In this document: positions 20,290-29,185 of the stretch, in pieces
How the letters are laid out: every line of letters begins with the position of its first letter
How positions within the stretch are numbered: position 1 is the stretch's first letter
Sequence record: PV806339.1
Length of the DNA stretch: 60,026 bases
Direction: 5' to 3' (one strand)
Origin: a phage
Notes under the pieces: model-generated
Databases searched by the model: none
What the model was told of the DNA's origin: nothing
What the model saw: the letters and a program-made list of their open reading frames with translations, nothing else
Position numbers and translations under genes: made by a program

Positions 20290-23200
20290 AGCCAAGAAGA
20301 TTACGGTTGGGTACAAATACTACATGGGCCTGTTTATGGGCCTTTTCCGTGGCCCGGTGAATGAGATTGTCGAGATCCGCGTGGGCGACCGTACCGCGTG
20401 GACAGGCTCAATCACTGGCAACACAACCATCCAGATTAACCGCGAAGACTTGTTCGGCGGCACGAAGGCGGAAGGCGGCATTGATGGCCCGCTAGAACTG
20501 TACATGGGCGCGCCGACGCAGACCGTCAGCCAGAAGTTAAAGAACATGCTCGGTGGCCGCCAGCCGGAATTCCGTGGTGTCGTTACCGCGTATTTCGACG
20601 GCCTGATCTGCGCCATGAACCCATACCCGAAGCAGTGGAAATTCAAGGCCCGCCGCTCTACGGCCGGGTGGACTGGCGGCGTCTGGTATCCGGAAAAATG
20701 TCTGGTCAAGATGCAGGGGTACGACGGTCAGGGCAATCAGCACGAAATCCATGCCATGAACCCTGCGCACATCCTGTATGAGTGCCAGTCGAACTTCGAA
20801 TGGGGCCGTGGCCTGTCACGCTCGCTTATCGACGATACGACGTTCCGCCTTGTGGCCGACACCCTGTTTAACGAGAACTTCGGCCTTTGCATCCGATGGA
20901 ACCGTCAGGACACGCTCGAATCGTTCATGCAGCTTATCCTCGACCACATTGGCGGTGCGATGTACGTCAGCAAAGTGACGGGCAAACTGTCCCTGCGGTT
21001 GATCCGGAAGGACTACGACTTCGACACGCTGCCGATCTTCGACACGGATTCCGGGCTGCTGTCCATTCAGGAAGCGACCAACGCGTCTCCGGCCAATCTG
21101 GTTAACGAAGTGGTCGTGACCTACCACAACCCGATCATGGACGAAGACCAGCAGGTGCGTAGCCACAACCTCGCGCAGATCCAGAATCAGGGCTGTCTGA
21201 ACAGCAACACGATTGAATACCTCGGCATCCCTACCGGGAAACTGGCGATGCAGGTGGCACAGCGTGACTTGCGCGCCGCGTCTACCAACGTCCGCCGTTT
21301 CACCGTGATCTGTGACCGCCGGGCATGGAACGTGCAGCCGGGCGACGTGCTGAAAGTGCGTGACCCGAAACAGCGCGGCCTGACCGAAGTTGTTATCCGC
21401 GTCGGTACCGTTGAAGATGGCACGCTGCCGGACGGCAAGATCAAGATTGTCGCGCTGCAAGACCAGTTCGCCTTCCAGTTAAACACGTTCAACCAAGTCG
21501 AGCCACCATCCGGATACGAGCCTGACCTGACTCCCGCGATTGCCCGCCGTATCGTGTACGAAATGCCGTACGTGGATCTGGTGCAGCAGCTACCGGACGG
21601 CGAACTGAACGCCGTTGGCCCGAACGATGCGTTCATCAACTCGCAGGCCGAGAAGCCGACTGACATGTCCGCCGCGTATGACATGGGTATCATGGCCGAA
21701 GGTGAATCGGGCTTCGACATCCGTGGCAACGGTGACTTCGGCGCGTTCGGATCACTGGCCGCCGACATCGACTACCTGTCAACGCAAATCGTTCTGTCCG
21801 AAATGACCGACATGTGGGACGACGTGCAGCCCGGATTTGTGGCGCGCATCGCCAAGCCTGTTCTTGACGGCCAACGCACGCAGATGGAAATCGCGGAAGA
21901 GTTTGTCCGCATCGACGCCATCAATGGCAACGTGATTACCGTGGCGCGCGGCGTACTTGACACCATCCCATTCCGCCACCAGAAAAGCGAAATGCTTTGG
22001 GTGACGACGTACGACGGCGGTACCGACTGGCAGAAATACGCGGGCAACGAGTCCATCGACATCAAGATTCTGCCGTGGACATTGGGCGGTGGCCGCTTCC
22101 CGATTGAAGATGCGCCGATTGATCATCTGGACATGGACTTCCGCCAGATCCGCCCATACCCGCCGGGCAACGTGCAGCACTATCTCGCTTCGACGTCAAC
22201 GCTGCAACGCTGGTATGTCCCGTCCGCGCTTACCTACACGGCCAACGCCGGGGAAACGCCTGACACGTACACCCTGACTTGGGCGCACCGCGACCGTATC
22301 CTGCAAGCGGATAAGCCTGTGCCGCACACCGACGGCGACATCGGGCCAGAACCGGGTACCACGTACACCATCCGCGTCTACAATCAGGAAGGCACGTTAG
22401 TTCGCACCGAATCCGGCATCAACGGCACGTCGTGGAATTGGCCGTACGCAACCGCAGCGGCTGACATGAATGTCGAAGCCAGTCTGTTCGACCCGGTGCT
22501 CGCGACGCTCCGCCTGACGTCTGTCCGCAGTGGCCGCGAAAGTTGGGAATACTACGAAATGAAGGTCAGCGTTTATAAAAAGCCGCCGCAGTTCGTGTAT
22601 GACGCCAGCCTGATGCAGTTCGCCGCGCAGCCGTACAACGCCGCCAGTGATCCTAACCCGCCAACGCCACCGATGGACGGCCCGTATGTTTCGTCCCTGA
22701 TGCAGTTCGCCGCGCAGCCGGATGGTAGCGGTGATTTCGGCGAAGCAGATAGCATGAGTGGCCCGAACGTGGCGCTGCTGCCGCACCAAGTTACGCAGAC
22801 GTCGTCCATCATTACGCCGCTCGATACGCTGCTGTACGAAACACCGTACATCCAGTTATCCCGCGACGGCCGTGACCTGAACACGTCGAAAGTCAGCGCG
22901 TACGTGGCGCGTTCGTCCGACCGTACCGTCGATTCGTATACCCTGTTCACCAAGCATGAAGCCGATGCGGATTACGCTTCCGCCGGGACTCAGCCGTGGA
23001 CACCGTGGGGCATGACAACCGTCGGCCTCGGCTTCTTCACGGACGAAGTGACGATTGACCCGACGTCGGATAAAGACGGCGTTCCTATCGCGGGCGCGCA
23101 GGTGGGCGATCTTCTGCTTATCGATCAGGAATTGATGTCCATCACCGCCATCAACGGCCGCACGTACAAGATTGGGCGTGGCGTGGCTGACACCATTCCG

Positions 23201-24169
23201 GCGCAGCACTACAGCCGCCGTCCGGTCTGGCTGATCTCCGTGGGCTTCGGCTACTCCGACATGGCATTCGGCGATAACGAAAAGGCGATGGTCATCGTCC
23301 GCCCGGATACCTACGGCACCGACATCCCGCTGAACAAGCTGTACCCGCTCCAGTTGCAGATGCAGTACCGCCCGAAACGTCCATACCCGCCGGGCCTGAT
23401 GATGATTGGCGGCCAACCGTTCTTCAACACCGCGAGCGGACTGGCAGACGATTTCAACCCGTACAACAACCTGAAAGCGAAAGACGTGGCCTGCACGTAC
23501 GCCCACCGCAACCGCGTAACTCAGGCAAACACGGCGCGCGACCATTTCGCCGTCGGTATCAACCCGGAACCGGGCGTGAAGTACCGCGTGCGTATCGGCT
23601 ATGCGTACTGGTCGCAGTCCGGCAGTGGATTCTCGCTGCTGTCTCAGTTCGACACGGAAGACGCGGGCTTCATCATGCGCGCGGCCGACCTTGAACGTTG
23701 GGGCCGTCAGGCGGGCTATGCGCAAGACGCTGGCGGATACTCCACGTTAAACGTGACCGTCAACGCGATTCGTGATGGAATGCTGAACTGGCAGGGATAC
23801 ACGATGACCGTGCGCGTGCCGTCCTTCCCGCTTCCTCCGGGTCAGAAACCGGGCGGTGGCGATGGGCCGTGGAACCCGCCGGGCGGAGGCAATACAGGCG
23901 GTACCACGCCACCTACGGAGCCGCCGGATCGTCCAGACCCGAGCGAGCCGGGTACAACCGACCCATCCGAGCCGACCAAGCCGGACGAACCGGAAGATCC
24001 GCAACCGCCTGTAGACCCGGAAGACCCGGATACTGATCCGCCGACTCCGCCAGACCCGCCGATCGACCCGACCAACGTGCCGGGCTGGTCATTGAGTTGG
24101 GATCACGGTTGGGCGATGACGCTGCCAGATTTCCGATACGTTCCACCAGCAGAAGAGGAACCTGAATAA
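20279..24169 (+). CDS. host specificity / central tail fibre protein (1296 aa)
   Basis: Largest tail-tip ORF; Pro/acidic low-complexity C-terminus; internal repeat SLMQFAAQP x2. Confidence 0.6.
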   Translation: MGSKAKKITVGYKYYMGLFMGLFRGPVNEIVEIRVGDRTAWTGSITGNTTIQINREDLFGGTKAEGGIDGPLELYMGAPTQTVSQKLKNMLGGRQPEFRGVVTAYFDGLICAMNPYPKQWKFKARRSTAGWTGGVWYPEKCLVKMQGYDGQGNQHEIHAMNPAHILYECQSNFEWGRGLSRSLIDDTTFRLVADTLFNENFGLCIRWNRQDTLESFMQLILDHIGGAMYVSKVTGKLSLRLIRKDYDFDTLPIFDTDSGLLSIQEATNASPANLVNEVVVTYHNPIMDEDQQVRSHNLAQIQNQGCLNSNTIEYLGIPTGKLAMQVAQRDLRAASTNVRRFTVICDRRAWNVQPGDVLKVRDPKQRGLTEVVIRVGTVEDGTLPDGKIKIVALQDQFAFQLNTFNQVEPPSGYEPDLTPAIARRIVYEMPYVDLVQQLPDGELNAVGPNDAFINSQAEKPTDMSAAYDMGIMAEGESGFDIRGNGDFGAFGSLAADIDYLSTQIVLSEMTDMWDDVQPGFVARIAKPVLDGQRTQMEIAEEFVRIDAINGNVITVARGVLDTIPFRHQKSEMLWVTTYDGGTDWQKYAGNESIDIKILPWTLGGGRFPIEDAPIDHLDMDFRQIRPYPPGNVQHYLASTSTLQRWYVPSALTYTANAGETPDTYTLTWAHRDRILQADKPVPHTDGDIGPEPGTTYTIRVYNQEGTLVRTESGINGTSWNWPYATAAADMNVEASLFDPVLATLRLTSVRSGRESWEYYEMKVSVYKKPPQFVYDASLMQFAAQPYNAASDPNPPTPPMDGPYVSSLMQFAAQPDGSGDFGEADSMSGPNVALLPHQVTQTSSIITPLDTLLYETPYIQLSRDGRDLNTSKVSAYVARSSDRTVDSYTLFTKHEADADYASAGTQPWTPWGMTTVGLGFFTDEVTIDPTSDKDGVPIAGAQVGDLLLIDQELMSITAINGRTYKIGRGVADTIPAQHYSRRPVWLISVGFGYSDMAFGDNEKAMVIVRPDTYGTDIPLNKLYPLQLQMQYRPKRPYPPGLMMIGGQPFFNTASGLADDFNPYNNLKAKDVACTYAHRNRVTQANTARDHFAVGINPEPGVKYRVRIGYAYWSQSGSGFSLLSQFDTEDAGFIMRAADLERWGRQAGYAQDAGGYSTLNVTVNAIRDGMLNWQGYTMTVRVPSFPLPPGQKPGGGDGPWNPPGGGNTGGTTPPTEPPDRPDPSEPGTTDPSEPTKPDEPEDPQPPVDPEDPDTDPPTPPDPPIDPTNVPGWSLSWDHGWAMTLPDFRYVPPAEEEPE

Positions 24170-24909
24170 TGCCGAAAAAGACAGCCCCGAATCAGGGGCT
24201 ACCCTACGGGTGGATTCGCGGGGAAGACTATTGGGGTGGCCCGATGTCCGACTCGCAAATCTTCCTCGACACCACGCTATTCCTGACACTGGAATCGCTG
24301 ACCTTCTCCGCTCCGCCGCCTAACGCGGTGGACGGGGCCACCTACGTCGTCGCGGCCAACCCGACGGGGGCGTGGGCCGGGCATGAAGGCGATGTGGCCG
24401 TGTACGTGGAAAAGGTCTGGACGTTTTACACGCCTCGCTACGGGTGGCGCGCTCGCGTTCGTTCGTACGAGAAGTTCTTGTGGTTCAATGGCACGACGTG
24501 GATTGACGAGGCGACCGGGGAAGACCCGGTCAACCCTGACCCTGACCCAAGCGTTAAGCCGAAATGGTACGACATCGGGGTGACGGTGTCGGACAGCATG
24601 TACGCGAATGAGCCTGTCGTGCATCTGCCGATCCTTGACCCGATGTACCTGCCCGCCAACATGGTAGGATCTCAGTTTGACATGGCCGACGGTGCAAGCC
24701 CGGCCTATTATCAATTCCGCGTGCAGCGCAACGGCCAGAACGTCGCAACGATGACCGTGGAAATCGGAAACTTCAACGCGTCGTTTACCACTACCGGGGG
24801 CAACCCGATTTCCTTCGCGGCCGGGGATCGCATGACGGTTCGCGCGCAGCAGGAAGCCGTCGCCGGGATGAAAAACTTTGGCTTCGTAATTCGCATGGGA
24901 CTGGTCTAA
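24169..24909 (+). CDS. hypothetical tail-associated protein (246 aa)
   Basis: ATGA overlap with host specificity gene. Confidence 0.4.
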   Translation: MPKKTAPNQGLPYGWIRGEDYWGGPMSDSQIFLDTTLFLTLESLTFSAPPPNAVDGATYVVAANPTGAWAGHEGDVAVYVEKVWTFYTPRYGWRARVRSYEKFLWFNGTTWIDEATGEDPVNPDPDPSVKPKWYDIGVTVSDSMYANEPVVHLPILDPMYLPANMVGSQFDMADGASPAYYQFRVQRNGQNVATMTVEIGNFNASFTTTGGNPISFAAGDRMTVRAQQEAVAGMKNFGFVIRMGLV

Positions 24910-24918
24910 GGGGATCAC

Positions 24919-25926
24919 ATGGCAAGTTATTTTGATGGATATGAGCAGTTCCGGTCTACGGACAAGTCTAACCCGGGAACCTTTATGCGGCTCGCCGGGT
25001 ACACGGTTCGCGGTGCAATCTCCGCAGGTCTTGGTCGCCTCCAGACGAGCATCGGCCTGTACACACTGAACAGCGCCTACGAGCGCGATTGGACGTGGGG
25101 CGGTGACACCCTTACCATCGGCTTCGCGTGCAAGCAGCAGGCGCGTGGCGCGCTATTTGGGCTAAAGGTCGGTGACGCCACTGGCCGCGATGTTCCGCAT
25201 GTCGTTGTCTACACTGACCCGGTGTCGGCGCTCGTCACCATCCAGACCGGGCCAGACCAGTCGGAAGTCGGGTATGTCACGCCGATCCCGACACGCTGGT
25301 ATTACTATGAAGTCGTGATGAACCGCGCCACGAAGGTTATCGAGGTGTTTGTCAACGGGAAATCGGACGTAGCCTATACACTGCCGGACGTCCTTGCGGC
25401 GTCGGCCGTCGTGCGCATGGTCTTCAACCCGTTCGACATGCTGCCATCGTTCCCGGCCGACGCGGAGTACACGGAAGACACGAAGGTATTCGACGACATG
25501 TACGCGCAGGACGGCGGCCGCTTAGGGGCCATCCAGATCAGCGGACGTCTGCCGGACGGCGACCGCGATACCGAATGGGGCGTGGCCGGGCCTAACCCAA
25601 CGGCCGCACATAACCAGATGGTCGGCCGACTGCCGCCAGACATGGCAAACAAGTACATCTACACTGGCACGAATGACCGTCACGACTCGTTTATCTCGAC
25701 GAACAAACTGCCGGATAACGGGGCCATTCTGGCGCAGGGTCTGATCGCCTTAGTCCGGAAGGCCACGGCCGACCCGGTGTCGATTATCGCGAACATTGAC
25801 AGCCACACTGTTACCCTGTCGAATATCGGCCGTAATTGGGAATATCGTTACGCGCAATTCACCACAAGCGGTTATGATCAGGCCGCCATTGAAGCCGCCG
25901 AATTCGGTGTGCGTTCAGTTCTATAA
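24919..25926 (+). CDS. fibre-like protein, paralog 1 (335 aa)
   Basis: Shares MxxFxDG[YF][DE] N-terminus, WYY[YF]E[VI], I.ISGRLP..D.D.EW and FG[VI] C-terminus with next two ORFs. Confidence 0.5.
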   Translation: MASYFDGYEQFRSTDKSNPGTFMRLAGYTVRGAISAGLGRLQTSIGLYTLNSAYERDWTWGGDTLTIGFACKQQARGALFGLKVGDATGRDVPHVVVYTDPVSALVTIQTGPDQSEVGYVTPIPTRWYYYEVVMNRATKVIEVFVNGKSDVAYTLPDVLAASAVVRMVFNPFDMLPSFPADAEYTEDTKVFDDMYAQDGGRLGAIQISGRLPDGDRDTEWGVAGPNPTAAHNQMVGRLPPDMANKYIYTGTNDRHDSFISTNKLPDNGAILAQGLIALVRKATADPVSIIANIDSHTVTLSNIGRNWEYRYAQFTTSGYDQAAIEAAEFGVRSVL

Positions 25927-25936
25927 AGGGGTTACT

Positions 25937-26899
25937 ATGCTGAAATTTATGGACGGTTTTGACCAGCTACGCGGCTGGTCTGACGTTACGGATGGGCTGA
26001 CCAAATGCGGGTACACCGTGTCTGGCACGCCCACGTTAGAAGAAGGACGCGTGGCTACGCAGATGGCGGTATCACTGCCGGACACGGCCAGCCTGAAACG
26101 CGTGTTCACCTCCGGGGCCACGAAAGTCGTGTTTGGCTTTGCCTTCCGGGCCATCGGTCTGCGCCACACCCTGATCACCATCAAAGATGTCGTGACGATT
26201 ACGTGGAGCGAGACGGACGGGAAGATCACGGCCGCTGGCGGTACCGGAACGGCGGTGCTGCTGCTGGACTTGTGGTACTACATCGAAGTGGTTCTGGACA
26301 AGACCACCAGCACGATCGAGGTGTACGTGAACAACGGGCTGGACATCACCGCGCCATCGCCGTCGAGCGCTAACCCGGTCACTAACTATGAAGTCACATG
26401 GGCGGGCGTTGCCACGGCGCAGTACCTTCTCGACGACCTCCAGTTCATCGACAATCAGCCGGGCAAGTATACCGGGCGCATCGGGCCTATCCAGATCACC
26501 AGTCGCTTGCCGATGGTGGACGTGGACAAAGAATGGTCGCCGTCATCCGGCAACGACCACTACCCGCTCGTCTACAATCAGCCGCCCGTCGAGGGGTCGT
26601 ACATCCAGTCGAACACGTCCGGCGCGACCGACACGTTTCTATCAAACACCGTCATCCCTGATACGCAAAACATTCTGGCCGTCGGCATGACCGTGCTGAA
26701 TAAAAAGTCAGACGTGGACAACCGTCAGTTAGGCATGGTCATCGGCCAAAAAGGCGACACGCAAAAAGAAGTTATCGACGCGGCGCTATCCACGACTGAA
26801 AAGTATAGTTATGCTGTGTTCGAGACGAACGCGGCCGGGCAAGACTGGAATGACGAACGACTCAGCGAAGCGCCGTTCGGCGTCATCGTAAGACCATAA
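25937..26899 (+). CDS. fibre-like protein, paralog 2 (320 aa; start refined from ORF 25796)
   Basis: ATG at 25937 with RBS AAAGGGG after previous stop; paralog of 24919 and 26913 ORFs. Confidence 0.5.
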   Translation: MLKFMDGFDQLRGWSDVTDGLTKCGYTVSGTPTLEEGRVATQMAVSLPDTASLKRVFTSGATKVVFGFAFRAIGLRHTLITIKDVVTITWSETDGKITAAGGTGTAVLLLDLWYYIEVVLDKTTSTIEVYVNNGLDITAPSPSSANPVTNYEVTWAGVATAQYLLDDLQFIDNQPGKYTGRIGPIQITSRLPMVDVDKEWSPSSGNDHYPLVYNQPPVEGSYIQSNTSGATDTFLSNTVIPDTQNILAVGMTVLNKKSDVDNRQLGMVIGQKGDTQKEVIDAALSTTEKYSYAVFETNAAGQDWNDERLSEAPFGVIVRP

Positions 26900-26912
26900 G
26901 GAGCATACCGAA

Positions 26913-27932
26913 ATGTTTAAATTCTGTGACGGGTACGACCACTATGCCGAAATCGGCGTGAAGGGTACGGCCCTACAAGGTTATCTGGAAGCCGCCGGGT
27001 ACGTGGTGCGTAATGCCAGCGATACGACGTTTTCCGTTGTCGAGGGCCGCCGGACAGGTGCGCGTGCGCTGAAATTCACCGTGGCCGCCAGTTCATCGGT
27101 CAACGCCTCGCTGTCATGGGGATTCACCACGACGGCCTCGTCAGTCGTCTTCGGATTTGCCATGAAAGCCGGGCTGTCCCGTATGCGTATCGCGCGTATC
27201 GAGAACATCGTGGATATCGAGTGGGACACCACGACCGGGAAAATCCGCGTAGGCGAGCAGTTAGGCGTCAACCCGCTGATCCTGAACGCATGGTACTACT
27301 TCGAAATCGAGATCGATAAGACGGCCAACACCGTCAAGGTCTACGCGAATAACGAATTGCAGTTAACCGTTACGCCATCGAGTGCGCCGACCACCACGTA
27401 CACAATCGTTTGGGGCCAGACGGGTACCGCACCTAATGCGGGCGAACAGACACTGGATGACTTCTACGTGATCGACGGTTCCGGTAGCCGCAACAACGCG
27501 CGCCTGACTCCGGTCGAAGTGACCAGCCGTATGCCGACGGCCGACGTTTCTACGCAGTGGGACGTTGTGAACGCCTCGTCCTCCACGCCGCACTATCAGA
27601 TCGTGTCACAGCTTTCCCCGGGCGGCGAGTCGAAGCCATACCTGCAATCGAACACCGCAGGGGCCACGGATATGTACCGTTCGAACGTGACGCTGCCGAA
27701 CAATAACCAGATCTTCGCCGTATCTGTTATCGCGTACGCCCGTAAAGGCGACCTTGATGATCGTAAACTCGGTCTGGTGGTCAACACGGAAGGCGGTACG
27801 CCGACTGAAATTCAGGTGCCGCTTACCGAGTCGTATAAGTATTATCAGGCATCGTTCGAGCAAGCGCCGGGCGGAAGTGACTGGAACCAGAACAACGTCG
27901 AATCTTTGCAATTCGGCATCATCACGCGATAA
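26913..27932 (+). CDS. fibre-like protein, paralog 3 (339 aa)
   Basis: Paralogous motifs MFKFCDGYDHY, WYYFEIEIDKT, VEVTSRMPTADVSTQW, FGIITR. Confidence 0.5.
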   Translation: MFKFCDGYDHYAEIGVKGTALQGYLEAAGYVVRNASDTTFSVVEGRRTGARALKFTVAASSSVNASLSWGFTTTASSVVFGFAMKAGLSRMRIARIENIVDIEWDTTTGKIRVGEQLGVNPLILNAWYYFEIEIDKTANTVKVYANNELQLTVTPSSAPTTTYTIVWGQTGTAPNAGEQTLDDFYVIDGSGSRNNARLTPVEVTSRMPTADVSTQWDVVNASSSTPHYQIVSQLSPGGESKPYLQSNTAGATDMYRSNVTLPNNNQIFAVSVIAYARKGDLDDRKLGLVVNTEGGTPTEIQVPLTESYKYYQASFEQAPGGSDWNQNNVESLQFGIITR

Positions 27933-27946
27933 GGGAGGGACACACT

Positions 27947-29176
27947 ATGCCTGTAGTATGGCACTGCGGTTTTAATGGTTTTATCAACAATACGTCGGGG
28001 CAGGGTCAGTCGAACCTGTTTATCAACACAAACGATACCGGGACGGTGAGCCATGCCCTCTCCGCCGACAATTTAATTAATAACGTTTTTGGTCGTGGCG
28101 GAAACGGCTACCAAAACGGCGGCTTTCTCCCTTTGATCACTTACTACGGACGTAAATGGTCGTCGTCCGGGTCGTACGGGTCGTCTTATGTTTTTGGTCG
28201 TGTTAAGCCGTCTTTCTTTGATAACTCCGTGCCATGTCTAAGCACCGAACAATACCAACCTGCTAACACTTCCGACTGGTGGGGAGGGTGGCAGTTCCGT
28301 ATCGATTTGTGCTGGCCCTCGGCGGAACGCCTGACGACGTCGTGGCGCATGGGCTTCCGTATTGGCCGCGCAACACACCCCACATACAATATTGGTTATC
28401 AAGTCTATATCTGCCCGGCGGGTATTAACGAAGCAAACGGCCAAGACTTGTATCGTATCTCGATCTCTGCGGGTCAGGACGAGAAGTATATGGAGGTGGA
28501 ATGGTTGGCGGACAGCAAGACCCTTAACATCTATCTGAACGACGAACTTGTCTCGACCCGCACCAACTATACTGCCAACGATATGTCGTACGGCCTTATT
28601 TTGATGTGCGAACATTTCGTTGGCACTAACACTAGCTCCACACCGTTCTTCGGTTTTGAACTGCGGGACATGTATGTCCAGAAAATCGTTTCAGATGCAG
28701 ATCAACGCCTCGGGTCTTCGACGAAAGTATATGCGTTCAATCCCGTTAATGACGATGTTGTACAGTTCTCTCGGCCAGACGCATATTCGTCAAACGCCGC
28801 CGTCGCGGTAACGCCGATCGCTCCCGGGGGTATCACCCCGACGCCGTCGCAATCTCCCGCAATTCTCGGGGCGGACGTGGTCGGACAGCAAGACCTGTAT
28901 AACATTGACATTTCCAAAGTCAGCACACGTCTGGCGTCGATTGAAGCGGTCAACGTCCGGACGATGGCCCGAAATCCGTTGCTTGGAAATAGACAATCTG
29001 CCGCGATCGCTAAATCCGGGGCGACCCAAACCCAAAGCGAGAACACATCGACGCTCGAACAAGGCGGCCTGTGGCGTTTCAACACGTTGCAGATGGTGTC
29101 TGACCCGGCGGACGGCGCACGTTGGAACCTTACAAAACTGGCCGGGCTTAAAGTCGGTACCAAATTCGTCGCGTAA
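27947..29176 (+). CDS. fibre-like protein, divergent paralog 4 (409 aa)
   Basis: Gly/Asn-rich N-terminus; weaker shared motifs; position in the tandem array. Confidence 0.4.
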   Translation: MPVVWHCGFNGFINNTSGQGQSNLFINTNDTGTVSHALSADNLINNVFGRGGNGYQNGGFLPLITYYGRKWSSSGSYGSSYVFGRVKPSFFDNSVPCLSTEQYQPANTSDWWGGWQFRIDLCWPSAERLTTSWRMGFRIGRATHPTYNIGYQVYICPAGINEANGQDLYRISISAGQDEKYMEVEWLADSKTLNIYLNDELVSTRTNYTANDMSYGLILMCEHFVGTNTSSTPFFGFELRDMYVQKIVSDADQRLGSSTKVYAFNPVNDDVVQFSRPDAYSSNAAVAVTPIAPGGITPTPSQSPAILGADVVGQQDLYNIDISKVSTRLASIEAVNVRTMARNPLLGNRQSAAIAKSGATQTQSENTSTLEQGGLWRFNTLQMVSDPADGARWNLTKLAGLKVGTKFVA

Positions 29177-29185
29177 GGGGGCCAT

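Noticed and set aside
22856-23725. 289-aa ORF on the - strand inside the host-specificity gene
   Set aside because: Antisense shadow ORF; Arg/Ala-rich translation typical of reverse frame in GC-rich DNA.
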